In this document: positions 41,957 to 54,392 of the stretch, in pieces
Layout: every line of letters starts with the position of its first letter
How positions within the stretch are numbered: the stretch's first letter is position 1
Assembly: GCA_026770705.1 (NCBI GenBank)
Contig: JANJGN010000027.1
Coordinates: 19,096,001-19,160,000, forward strand
Source of the DNA: Isurus oxyrinchus
Lineage: Eukaryota
DNA length: 64,000 nucleotides
Direction of reading: 5' to 3'
Translations under genes and position numbers: made by a program
Notes under the pieces: generated by a model
The model's database searches: none
What the model saw: only the letters and a program-made list of their open reading frames with translations
What the model was told of the DNA's origin: nothing

Positions 41957-42626
41957 GGGCAGGATTTTCAGCTTGGTGTGTAGACACATGCCTGACATGC
42001 ATGAGCGTGAAATAGCACATGATGATGTCGGGCAAGCATCCCGATGTCATTGCACACTTGTGCGATATTTCAGTGCGCGTGGGAGTCGGCAGCGTGCCTG
42101 ACAATTATGGGGGCTGTTAAGCCAATTAACCAATTAATTAAAGTGAAATTTTCCCTGCCCGTCCAACCTTACAGTTGGTGGGCAGGTAAATAGACCGAGC
42201 AGCCTTTGCATGTTTTGTGAAAACTCATCCACGGGCAGGATGAGGTTTTGAACAACGATTTAAAAAAAAAATAACTTTTTAAAACTAATTTTTAACATGT
42301 CCCCGCTCATGTGACAGAGTCACACGAGGGGGCATGTCTTCCTTATTTTTGAAATCTTTATTTTTAATGTTAAAAATCTTTGGCTCCCTGAGGCAGCTCT
42401 GTGCCTTCAGGGAGCTTTCACTGAGCGCATCCACGTGCATGCGCAAGCTTTAATGCTCGCGCTCCTCCTGCCCCCAGCCAGACAACGCACGACTCACGCT
42501 GGCTGGCCGTTTATTGGCCAGCCAGCATGAAATCGCAGTCAGGGACTAATAGTGGGTGGTGGACCGTTTTGTGGCCGCTCCCGGGCCCACCTGACACGCT
42601 TGCCCGACAAGGGGAAAATCCTCCCC
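41957..42626. mobile_element. Full-length non-autonomous Harbinger-type element (about 670 bp)
   Basis: TIRs gggcaggattttc / gaaaatcctcccc; homologous to 1..547. Confidence 0.75.
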
Positions 42627-43809
42627 GTGTGTTTTCCCCAGATGATGGATCTGTGACCCAAAAAACCTAGTTCCTGTTTCCCAGAACGAAAAAAAACAGT
42701 AAAAACTGGGAAGTAGGAATGCTGGTCCAAACTGTTGTTTCCTTCTGGGTCCCATCTCTGTGGCAAAAATTCAGCCTTGCTTGTCTCCATTCTGCACTCT
42801 TGTTTATTGGCATCATTGTCCTCTAGTCTCTAGGCATTAAATTTGGCATGTTCTAATGTTTACACCTGCTTCTTTTTAATTTCTAGGTTTAGAGTTATTT
42901 TGCTCCCTCTTTTAGCATACTGTCTCAACACAAAAGAAGATACAGGCTGCTAATCTGCTGCTAGGCCTCTGCCAATGGTGCTGTGTAACCAAGAGTAAAA
43001 GAGCTGACCATTAATCCTCGATCATTTAGGAAAGAAGCACATTGCCTCTATTCTGTGCTTCACGTGAAGGAGAAAAAGATTAAAGAATGTGAGGAAAAGG
43101 CTGAGAAACAAGATTAGAGGAGTCAACTCTAATAAGTACCAGCACAGGTACCCTGAGTTGCTTCCCTCTCTGCAGCAATGTCTGTAATTTGCTCTCTCCT
43201 CACTCTGGAAGCTCAGCTTTGAACACAACCTCATTGTGTGGGGTACAGTAGGTACACCCATGCTCTTACTACCCTAAGGCACAGTTTGCCATGTCCCAAC
43301 TCAGGTGATAAGCAGTACAGGGGAGGACCGGGGAGTGAGTTCTTTGCTGTAGCTGCTAAGAATGAACCATAAACCTCAACAATTAAAAACCATCAGAGTG
43401 TGCAGGAACATGTGAAAAAATATAATTTTGATTTTAAAAAGACCTTCCAACAATTTTTGATCTTAAACTTTTTCAGACAGCTATGCAAACAGTTGACTGT
43501 CCAATCCAAAACAGGCAGGTAGTAATCCTGAACATGTACTTTCTTCAACGACAACTTGCATTTCTATAGTACACTTCACACTGTCCCAGTCCATTTTAGG
43601 CAAAAAAAATAAAAAGCTGAAGGGAAGATAATAATAAAGGACTGAGAATTTATGTTGGGGCAGGGGGAGGGGAGCTCAGCACAGTGGAACAGAATGGCTT
43701 TTTGGAGGCATTTGAATAGTTCTGATAGAAAGTTCCAGAAGTGGCAAGGCTGGGAGGTTTAGGTGGAGATTCTCATTAAGGCAGGAATTGATTGAAAGAG
43801 CATCTGGTG

Positions 43810-44050
43810 ATAGAAATATGGAAATGTCGTAACAGCAGTAGGCCATTCAGTCTCGCCATCCCATTCTGCCATTCAATTAAATCATGGCTGATCCCCATTT
43901 TAACTCCATCTATCCATCATGGTTCTGTATCGCTTAAACTCCCTGCTTAACAAAAATGTATCAATCTCAGTTTTAAAATTTTCAAATTGGCCTATGCTCA
44001 ACAGCTTTTGGGAAGAGAGAGTTGCAGACTGCTTCTATCCTGTGTGTGCA
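43810..44050 (-). mobile_element. CR1-like LINE 3' tail
   Basis: gtaggccattcag...ctgccattcaattaaatcatggctgat. Confidence 0.6.
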
Positions 44051-44513
44051 GGATAAATAGAGTATGAAGGTAGAGTGAAGAGTGCGTGAAACAAGGAACA
44101 AACTGGTATCACAGATCACCTAAGTGGAAGGTGGCAGAAGCAGGGTAGAGGGTGAGGCTACAGAGGCACCTGAAAGTAAGGGTATGGATCTTAAAATCCA
44201 ATTGTGGTGTGAAGAACCATTGGACCCTGCAAAGGAGTTGGGCGATGGGTGTAGGCATCTGAGATGGTGATGACTGTGTGGGGTTCTGTGGCAGCAAAAG
44301 TGTAGACCAGGGCATTCTGAATGTTAGAGAGAACAAACAAGAATTAGGCGTTAAGGAAGAATTAAGCCTCAAAACACTTGACTTTTGCTCAGAATCCTGA
44401 CTCTAACAATAGGTTTAGGATCTGCAATCTGAGCAATAGAAACAGAAGGGCAAGCATGAAACAGGAAAAGACGCTTCAGACTCATGCAGACTTTTCCCCA
44501 CTCACGTCAGCAG

Positions 44514-45279
44514 CAAGTGTGGACCCACAGTAGTTTTTCTGTTCAGCTGGCATTCTGGCTTCCTTTGCAGAAAAAGTTTACTAGTGCAGGCGCAATCCGA
44601 AGTGCCGAGGACCCGGATTTCAATATGTGGATCCTATACCCAACAGGATTTTGGCAAACTGAACTTTGGTCTTTATTTAATTAGATTGAGTTACGCAGAG
44701 AAATGTGCACCACAGTTTGAGAAATTAGGTGCAGCTTTTGTTTTTGTATTTCATTTTTCCATGTTTTACTCTCATCCATGCCAACTGCTGCTCTGCTTGC
44801 TTTCTAGTTGTGTGACTATCAGCTCCCAGCTGCCTCTCCGTATTGTCAACAATCCTGTTTGCAAAACGCCCCGATCCTCTGGACCAAGACTGCAGTGTAA
44901 ACATGCAAGCTTTTCTTTAAATGTCACTAAGATGTATGGTTGTATTTGCTGTAAATACAGGGAAGAAGCCCCTCATGAAACAGATATCAATTTCTACAAG
45001 CTAAAGTACAGCTCTGCTTGGAGAACACGCCTACAGACAGTTCAGGGAAAAGGAAATGAAAGAAGTCAGAAGTATATCTCAAGCTTTCTAAATTGTTTGC
45101 TTAAATTGCGGCTCTTCCCCATGTGTTTGATGTTCTTAATATGAAAGATTACAACACACAAGCGTGGACCTGGAGTAGTTTTTTGTTCACCTGGCATTCT
45201 GGCTTCCTTTGCAGAAAAAGTTTACTAGTACAGGCGCAATCCAAAGTGTCGAGGACCCAGATTTCAATATGTGGATCCT
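44514..45279. repeat. Pair of direct repeats of about 121 bp (44514..44635 and 45159..45279)
   Basis: Both copies carry ctggcattctggcttcctttgcagaaaaagtttactagt and gatttcaatatgtggatcct, with roughly ten differences overall. Confidence 0.9.
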
Positions 45280-46269
45280 CTGACTTCCCTTTGAAATGCA
45301 GCATGTACATTGAGGATGGGCCAGGAAACGTCCAAAGTAATTATTGTGTTTGCCAATTTGTGGAACCAGCTATGTGATCTTACTGAAATATCAAAATTAT
45401 GTTGTAATGAAAGAAAATTATCTGACAAAACTATGGAGTGTGCTAACGTTACTAGGGTCCATACTGAAACCAAGCCAAGTAATGATATAATGGGCTTTAA
45501 TGAGTATCTAGGGAAGCAATCTAGTACCACAGTGAAAGACAAAGGGCAAAAAGCATCATAGCTGAACTGACACTAATTCAAGCTGATTGTCAGAGCAGCT
45601 GAAGAATGTAAGAAAGGAAATGTGATCTGTACGTTTGACCTCTCTTTGATTCCATCCCCCACTGCTGCCATTTCTAATTGTCAAATAGTCAACATTTCAC
45701 ATCTGCTCATATTAATTTAAAGAAAATCTGAATCTCACCACTCACTGTCCTTTCTTTCCCCCTTGATTTCATGAACTATTTGTAAGCAGGGTCTGGACTA
45801 GGCTGTTTATATTGCGTGCGTATGTTTTGTTCCTACTGGATTTACAGTATTCAACAACTGTTTATCAGTCAAGCAATTGGAATCATTCCCACTAAAGCAG
45901 GAAATGTTTGCGGTTCATCAATAAATAGGTGTAAACGAAAACAAGTTGTACTGTGCAGTCCAACTAAAATGGAAAGCAAAGTAATAAAGTTCACAACTAA
46001 TGTCTAGTTAAAAATGACATAGGAGTTTTCATCCTAGATATTTACCCTCAACAATTATGAAGATCTAAGTACATTGGTTGGAGAATAGGCCACAGTTTGA
46101 AAACAGTATCTGTTTAGTGAATTGAGGTTTAAGGTTGTTACGTGTTTCAAGTGATGTGGATCTGCTTAAAGCAGTGCAATTTGAGGTTGGTAACTGCTTA
46201 AAAAGTGCTGATTTGCTACCAGTGCTTGCATAGTGGTTTGAGACTGGTACTTGATTAGAGTAATGCATT

Positions 46270-46865
46270 TTGGGATTGATACCTGGCATCCCATCATCCA
46301 CTGAAAGGCTCATTCAAGACTTTGTTACCTCCCGACTTGATTTCTTTAATGTTATCTTTGCCAGCCAGCCTGCCAACCTACAAAATTTTCAGCTTATCAA
46401 TAACTCTGCTGCCCAGTTCCTCACCCACAACAATCCCTGCTCATCCACCACCCGTCTTTCCTTACTATTGCAATATCCATGTGCTAAAATTTAAAATTCT
46501 CAACCTTGTATTGAAATCCTCACTTGTCCTGAACTCTGTAATCTCTTCCTGCTCCTCAATTCCCTTCCAAACCATGCATTCCTGCCAGTCCATTCCCCTG
46601 TGTATCTTTGTGCTCTCCCCTTACGCTCCAAAATTGGCAGCTGTTGTTTCAGCCAGCTTGTTTCCAATCTCTGGAATTCACACTTTGAACCCCTCTGTTT
46701 CTCCATGTCCCTCTCTCCTACATTAAAACCCTCTAAGAAACACTTCTTTGATGATGCTTTTGGTCACACTCCCTAATATCATCTTTTCTATTTTCCTCAT
46801 GCCACAGTGAATCATCTTGGGATATTTTCTACATTAAAGATGCCATATAAATGTAATCTGTTGTA
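46270..46865 (+). mobile_element. L2-like LINE 3' fragment
   Basis: ORF 46270..46494 (LIQDFVTSRLDFFNVIFA...NNSAAQFLT) resembles the L2 ORF2 C-terminus; L2 tail ...tataaatgtaatctgttgt. Confidence 0.75.
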
Positions 46866-48650
46866 CAGTTGTGAGGTTTGAAATCAGTAGATGTTTAGAG
46901 GAATGGAGTTGGAGATTTCTATCTTCTCATAGTGATGCAGAGCTGGCTGATTCAAGTTATATGCCAACCTCCTCCTCATCCTCCAGTAAAGGAAAGTGGA
47001 GCACTGTAGACATTGGTGCAGAGCTGTATTCAACGGTTTCCAAACATTGGCTATATTTTAATATTCACAAACAGTGTAAAATTAAAAATGTTAAAACCTA
47101 TATTTAAAGAGTACAATGGAGGCCTGATTATGTGATTAACTGGCACCAGTTTCCATTATGGTGCAGCCAACATAAGGTCAAAGGGAAAAATGTGATACAA
47201 GTTGATTTCACATCACTTACCTAAATTAAATTTTGGTAACTGATACAGAGTTACACTGCACATCTTTGCATTATTTCCTGGCACTAATGCAAAACATGCA
47301 GGTATAACTGTTGTATTAAACACCAATGTTCAGTTCTGTTCAGACTACATTTGGAATCTGCTCTACAGGTTTCAGAGGTGGCTTGCTCCAGCTCCAAGCT
47401 GAAGTAAACATCCTCGTCTTCCAGTAACAGTTTAAAGTTGGTCACAACACAGTGCATTTGCAGTCTCTCTTTTGTGAGCAGCTAGATTAAGATCTCTGGC
47501 AACTTTTTGCCCTGAGTAAAACACCGTGGTGTCAGGCTGGTAATTTCAAACCGTGAACTAACTGCAGGCCGAGCCGAGTGTGATTGCCTAAAGATTTGGC
47601 TTAATTCACAGCAACCTGATTCAATCTAAATGTTACCTCCTGGTGTAAACAGAATATTATGTTGTGAAATAAGCTGACAGAATTACTGCTTCTTAAAGGG
47701 GCTCTGCCATTCTGCAACAGAACAGGCTCAAATATTTCAATTCCCAATTTCTGCAGAGTTGCCAAAGTACAGTGTAAAATAGTTAAACTTCTAGGGTAGG
47801 GGATCCAATGGTGGTCTGAACACTTCAGGATATCTGGCATAGCATTCAAATTCCAATTTTACAGATACTTTACATTCATTTGGCCCACTCATTGCTAAAC
47901 TATGGACACAGTGTCAGTGTTTGTCAATGGCTTTAAAGGGTTTTACATTCCTTCCCAATTCCCGAATGGTCATTACAATGTTTTTGATCTTTAGTGGGTT
48001 AATTCTAGAGTAATGGTAATTTGGTGTTATATACTGGGAGCAGTTCCATATTTACCAATTCATCACTAATCTGGAGGTTAAGTTCCACTTGTGGTTATTT
48101 CACCAATAGGAAACTGGGATGACATTGAAGGATGTGGCTTTTAGCACCAAGCATATTGAATGGGATGTTCAAGTTTGTTATGCCATGAAGTATTGCACTG
48201 CTCTGGGCTCATGTAACTGGGATATTGTATATTTGTGACAGAAAGAGATAATGAAAGAACATTTATAAAATCAAAACACAGCAATAATTAGAAATAAATC
48301 AGCTAAATTCAAGAGAATATTTCCCCCACCCCTCTCCCACTCCAGTCATGTACTTTAACTTTAATGAAGTCACTTCTCCATAGTTTACCAGAATGACATT
48401 TAAAGACATGGAATAATTTCAATACCACACTGTACCAAGAACATCCACATCAAAGCGGCACTGTGGGTCTCCCATGCTAATCCATAGACCCATGTTCTAG
48501 CAAAGCACACATAGCCAACTTTGTCACTAGGAAGCTCAATGAACACGGCAGCAGTGGCAACTAAAGTACAACTTACTGGACCACAGAATACAACACAGAA
48601 GGGACGACCCCACATAGGACGGACATGGAACAGCATGGTGTTAAACTTAC

Positions 48651-48824
48651 AGGCACGTAAACTGGTGGAGCAATCATTAACAGAGACAGAAGAAAGTGGG
48701 AAGGTTCTCTCAAGGGTGTCCAAGTTACTATGTATACTGTCTGACATGCAAGTGCAGTCACGCTCACAGCGTCCGCAATCAAAACAACATGCGAGTTTCA
48801 TTCTCTTGTAGATGGACATCTTGG
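48651..48824 (-). CDS. KCNMA1: KCNMA1 STREX alternative exon, PKMSIYKRMKLACCFDCGRCERDCTCMSDSIHSNLDTLERTFPLSSVSVNDCSTSLRA
   Basis: tatag|CCAAGATG...CGTGCCT|gtaagt; exactly 174 nt, phase 1-1; cysteine-rich STREX peptide visible inside ORF 48400..48876. Confidence 0.97.
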
Positions 48825-51800
48825 CTATAATCATGTTTTCGATGGAAGGAGAGGAAGAGGAGCAGGTTAATGGCAAGGTTACTCAGTCTGGCAGTTGGAA
48901 GGAATTAACAAGGGATCTAATACAGGCCTTAGTAATGTAAGCAGGCTTGACAAGGAAGAAGAGCTAAGACCATTTCATGAAAGTAGCGACAAGAAAATCA
49001 TCTTTAAAAATTCAAAAGAAAGAGTTCAGAAGATAACTTTGAGTATACAATTCACGTTCTTAAATATTTTCAAGTTCATGCTGCACGGGACACTATTCAA
49101 CAGAAACACAAGAAGTTGCTGAAAATTTCAATTGTAGACCTGCTCATCATATCCCTTTTAAAACAATTTAATCAAAGCAGGCAATTGACAGAAACAGAAT
49201 TGTATTTTAGTGATTGTTCTTTTCGCTGCTCTCCATTGTTTTTGCACAAGCATGTGGTGCTGGCAAGAATTTGGTATAATTAGTATTTTCCTCATAATTA
49301 CTACTGTGCTAATGAGCATGTCAAAATTTAGGTAGCACATAAAATACAGGTTCAATTCTTTCAAGCACACATGATGCTGAAATGGTTATTGTGCTAATTG
49401 GTTCACTTGTTCAATGAAATTTGTAATATAAATAATATAAAACCATATTATTTGATAATAAACCTAATGTACTGGTAATGAGGAATAATTTAAGTTTCTC
49501 ATATCAAGTAAAACAAAATCAGCCTTGGATGAACAAGCCATTATGCCACGTGAAGGACATATTTAAAGCTCTCGACTGAGTCAAGCACTGACCTAAGGCC
49601 ATTTATATCAAAATTACTGGCCAAGCAAGGGTCACGCTATGATCGAGGAAAAAAAGGCTTTGGAGGGTGATGAATGAGAGGCATCTTCAGTAGCATCCCC
49701 ATTTCTCTGCAATCTTTTCAGCGGTTAGTTTCAAAACATTAATTTTCAGCAGATTTTTTTTAGGTTATCCGCTAGCTGAGAAAAGAATGATCATATCATG
49801 CAGCATTAAGCCTGTTCAATGCACGCAACAAGACTATTCGGTTAGCACTGGTATTTCAATGAAGAAAGTAGCATCAAAGCCTCATAAATGCTGGTGATGC
49901 TGGGCAGCATCGGCCTCTTGTCTTCCTTTGAATGATGCCAATCTTTTCAGTGTGACATTAATTGAGTCTGACAAGTCTTTAAAAGGAATGAAATCTTGAG
50001 GGAGATGAACCGTTTTTTGATCTTGTTTCTTGAAATGAAACCAAATACTTCAGCCAAATTATTCTTCCCAATCAACGGGGGAATTGTGTAGAAGACATGC
50101 GGGTGCCTATTTTTTTGTTTTTTTTTAAAAAAAGGAAGACTTGAGGAAACTATTTCTGAGTCCATGCAGAACTACCAAAATAACAGCATGCTGATAAAAA
50201 TAACAGGCTTCAACCTTGGCAATAATGAATAAAGTAACAAAAAATTCAATAAAGGTTATTAAGATTGAAGCATCCATAAACATTAACAGTCTAGCTTGTA
50301 TCTCAAAAAAATCCATGCTGTAATAAATACATTGCATTCATTGTGGAAATAAAACGCAAACAGTAATAGCACTTTCAGACAATGACATGTTGGGAAATGT
50401 TAATTGTTGATGAGATGCATGTAGTTCTACACACGAAGGACGTGTCCACTAACTCGACACACAAACTGCTATATGGACTCCTTGCAAAAACATGTTTATA
50501 CTGCCATTTTTATTAAAAAAAAATATATTTTTTGAATAATCATCGTCAAGGAGGACCCGAAATACCACGCGCTGTTGGAGACCAGAGGAGGAAGAATGAG
50601 AAGGTCTCTGACGACATCTAGTGGATGGGCATCACAGAGCACCATGCTCAGCAAAATGTGGAAGCTGTCAGGGTCCAGTCATGGGTAGTGAGTAAAAAAG
50701 GGCCCAACTACCAAGAAAAATTGAAATGGTGACAAATTCATTTCAATTCAATATCTAGTGATGATTATTTGCATTAAAGAAAAAATGGAATGAGCAGCTG
50801 TGGAATAAAAAATATTCTTTTGATTGGTGTTTAATAAACTTTTTCTACTGATTATAGTTCCTCAATTTGTGGGGCTTCCCACAGAAAATGGTCCATTCAG
50901 TGAAAATACAGCAGCAACATTAAACTGAAGATTGAGAGCACTCTCAAAAAAGTGGGAGTACCCAAATTATCTTCATAGTCTTAGGATAAAAAGCCTTACG
51001 ACAGGTTTGCCGCCTCTATTTTTCTATGATTGGATGAGGGTGTCAGGGCCAGGGCTGCACTTTTGTCACAGAAAGATTAAAAAATGCTTTGTTTCTTTTG
51101 CTAACTTGTAAAATGGGCATTGGATTGGGCAGCTTGATCTAGATTATTGGTGTAGAATCAGTGAGACATATCTCCTTTGTCTGCCTATCCTCGATTTAAA
51201 TACTCCTCAAAAAGACTGAAAAATAAAAATAAACAAACAAAACATTCCTTCTGGCAGATCTTAACCTTCTTTAAATACCCTAGACAGTTTTCTACAAAAA
51301 AATGTTCCTACTTCCTCTCCGGAAGGCTTTCCTTAGTGCAAGGGTTAATTTCAAAGGTGCCGTAGCCCTCACCAACTCACTAATGAGTATTGACAGACTA
51401 TTCAACTACATGGGCAAGTCTCATATGATGGTTATACATGCACACTTTCTATCAGGGGCTCAAGGGTTTGCAGCTATCAGCAGGAACTTTTGACTGTTGT
51501 TTGCCCCCTGCCCTTACCCTAACCTGCGGATATCAGAACTGACTGTAGCATTCTAACTATTGTCTTGGGTGAGTTCAGCTAACTGAGAAGACCAAATCTA
51601 GAACCTGCACCTCTTAATGTAGAGTCTTTACCAGTGCCGAGCAATGGAAACTGCTGATCTTTTCGCCCTTGACATCAATGCCATACTCTTGGCAATGCCG
51701 ATGATTAGATTCTTAGGCTTGCAGTATAACTGAAATCTTCAGAGAAAGAGGGTAGTTGCCTTTGCTCCACATCTGAGGCCACCTGTCCTGTTCACTTCTC

Positions 51801-52234
51801 ATGTTACCTAAAGAGAGCTGCAAGGGCAGCCTGGTGACAAAAATGACAGCATGGTTGCCATCCTCTTTTGCACCTCTAGTATAAAGAAAAGTTGGAAATG
51901 TTGCAAGAAGGTTTTGGAATGAATGCAATGTTCATTTTATCTTTCTTCGCTCTGTTATAGCCAACCATTATCAGGAACACTTGACTCCAGCTCACTGAGC
52001 TCCAAAGCTGACTTCCACTCACTTCCTTTGCTTTAACTGAATCACATTTTTATTTATGCTGGTATCTTGCCGTTGGGCTGCTGTATTTTCTACAGATTCA
52101 AAGTGATCTGTGGGCAGTGCTGAAGATGATGTGTACGTATGATGTAACTGCTACACATGCAACATAAAAATCTCTTGCTCAAGGTAGACAAGTTGGATCG
52201 CACTCTGGGCAACAGGGAACCCGTTTTTACTCAC

Positions 52235-52243
52235 AATAGATCA
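52235..52243 (-). CDS. KCNMA1: KCNMA1 9-nt IYF microexon
   Basis: ctggtag|TGATCTATT|gtgagt; phase 1-1. Gives L-I-Y-F when joined to the 25.3-kb exon, or L-I-Y-S-K-M-S when joined to STREX. Lies between the CKACH exon and STREX as expected. Confidence 0.9.
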
Positions 52244-54281
52244 CTACCAGTGTGCAGTTAAATTATAGAGTTTCATGTTCCAGGGCAGCAGGGAGAAAAA
52301 TAAATTAAAAATACATCAATCATCAAAAGGTACTTGCAATCATTTCATACATGGATTCTCATGTGCCTGAGTTCCACGGAAAAAGGTCTATATGTAACTG
52401 TGTTTTGTGCTTTCTCTTTTCCCCATTACATTTTCTACAACAGTGAGACAAACCTAGAAGGGGTGAATGCTTAAGTAATAAGTTCATACATACAAAAGAA
52501 ATACAGATATATACCAAACTTTAGCATTTTTTCTAACAAATCATCCCATACAACTCTTCAAAAATCAAAACTGAAATGGCTTTTGCACTTCCTCCCTCCC
52601 CGCCTATCTAGGAGAAATTTTCTTTGCAAATTCTGGACCATTCTTTGAATAATTTAGGTTACAATGAAAAAATAATGATACTTTTAAGCTGAATTTTTGT
52701 TTTGCTTTCAAGCAGCCAAGGTTTTCTTTTTAAAAAAAGATAAAGCTACTCACTTTAATTATTCTTGACCTCTGTGGATGCACCAAGTTTTTTTTGTTTA
52801 AATTATTAATAATGGGCCTAAAAGGTTTGGACAAGTGGCTAAGTAGGTCAGGTATATGTTAACAATGTGACATGACTAATGCCAATATAATGATAAATCT
52901 GCTGGAATTTCATTCTAAATGTGACAGCAACTACTAAGATGTGTGCCCTTATCAAAAAAAAACCTCGGCATTTCTGGTACTGTACTCAGGTACTGCATAT
53001 TGCATGCTCCACCATTAAGGGCTGTGAAATACAATGCATTTGGCAAGGATTTGTCTTTGTTTTTCCAGCTGACTTGGAGCATTACCTCCAGAGTTTTCAA
53101 ACAGCGGCAGTTTAGTTCTGACAAGCTCTTTCTTCAGCCTCACTAATCATGTCATTTTATTTATACATCTGTTCTACATCACATCATTAATAGACTGAAA
53201 TTTGGACTCCTCATTTTAGGCACGCCGTTATTCTCCAAGTATATTTTTAATTTTTTGTGCGCAGCTTAATCACATTAATGCTAATTATTTTTCGCTCCCC
53301 AATCTGCAGCGTTCATTAATTTTCTCAGATTTCCCATTATGTATTAATGGCATAATGTTAATCTAAACCTGCCTTCCTTTCAGGTAATTAAACTTCCTTT
53401 CATATAGTCTGAAAAATATTGCTCTCCATTTAATTTCTCTTGCCTTAGTTATTCGACTAGGTTAATGAGTTGGTGAAGGGCATTGGTGGCACAATCACAC
53501 TGCCACGGGCAAGTGACCAACAGAGGCCAGGCACCATGCCACTTGGTAAGTAGGAAGGTAAGTCAAAGAGAGCTATCCCGCAGCTACTCTTCAAGTTCAG
53601 GGTTGCATTGGAGCAGGTTATTGGTCTACTCTGTAGTGAACAAATGGCATGGAGGAAAACATTAAAATAATAGTTCCTCCTTTTAAAAATTGAAGTGGAA
53701 ATCAAGTTCTGTGCATTCTGATGCAGTTTACAAGTCAAAGCATTCGTTATGTTTTTCCTTAAAATGATAATTTGACTGCTTACAGGAGTCTGAAAACCAC
53801 AGTGCTTTTAGAGCAAAAAGGGTTGACTTAGAATAATTATGAAGAGTTGAATTTTCAGCACACTGACCTCTGTCCATATCCTATGTCAAAGATTTATATT
53901 CTGTAGCCAACTTTATTGCTGTCAAACCAAACTCTGTCAAATAGGGATTACAATTAATGGTGGAGCTGCAATAAAATGTGCACCTGTATATTTGAAAACT
54001 GTTTAAAATGAGTGTGTTGCTACTGGATAGCAAGCATTTATAATTGTTGTTTATATACAATGTTCATCGGGTGAGTAAATAGAAGTTTAACTACTATAGT
54101 GTACTCCATCTCTGATCATCACTGACAAGCTAATAACAGAAAACCTTTGATGTCTGGCAAGCCCTCCACAATACACCGTTGCCGCAAAAACCTCAATATT
54201 TTAATGCATTCAAGGTGTACATTTGTTGCAAATTATAATCACTAATAACAAGGTACTGATGGAAAGATGATGAAATTATTA

Positions 54282-54392
<111 letters not shown>

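Noticed and set aside
44580-44635. HDV-like ribozyme in the direct repeat (GGATCC...TCCTCGG on the minus strand)
   Set aside because: I could not build P1, P2 and P3 pairings or find a J4/2 motif.
44584-45144. 186-aa plus-strand ORF, the longest in the track
   Set aside because: Non-ATG start, no recognisable domain, intron-like composition, antisense to KCNMA1.
47404-47416. 13-nt match to miR-30-5p (gtaaacatcctcg)
   Set aside because: No hairpin partner arm and the 3' half diverges. As a target site it is intronic. Probably chance.
49880-50110. Protein-looking frame KQDQKTVHLPQDFIPFKDLSDSINVTLKRLASF upstream of STREX
   Set aside because: The available acceptor is phase 0, incompatible with the phase-1 intron, and there is no donor.
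52023-52119. Possible exon ttcag|CACTGCCC...AGGAA|gtgagt just downstream of IYF
   Set aside because: It enters in phase 1 but exits in phase 2, the pyrimidine tract is weak and there is no homology. Kept only as a remote poison-exon possibility.
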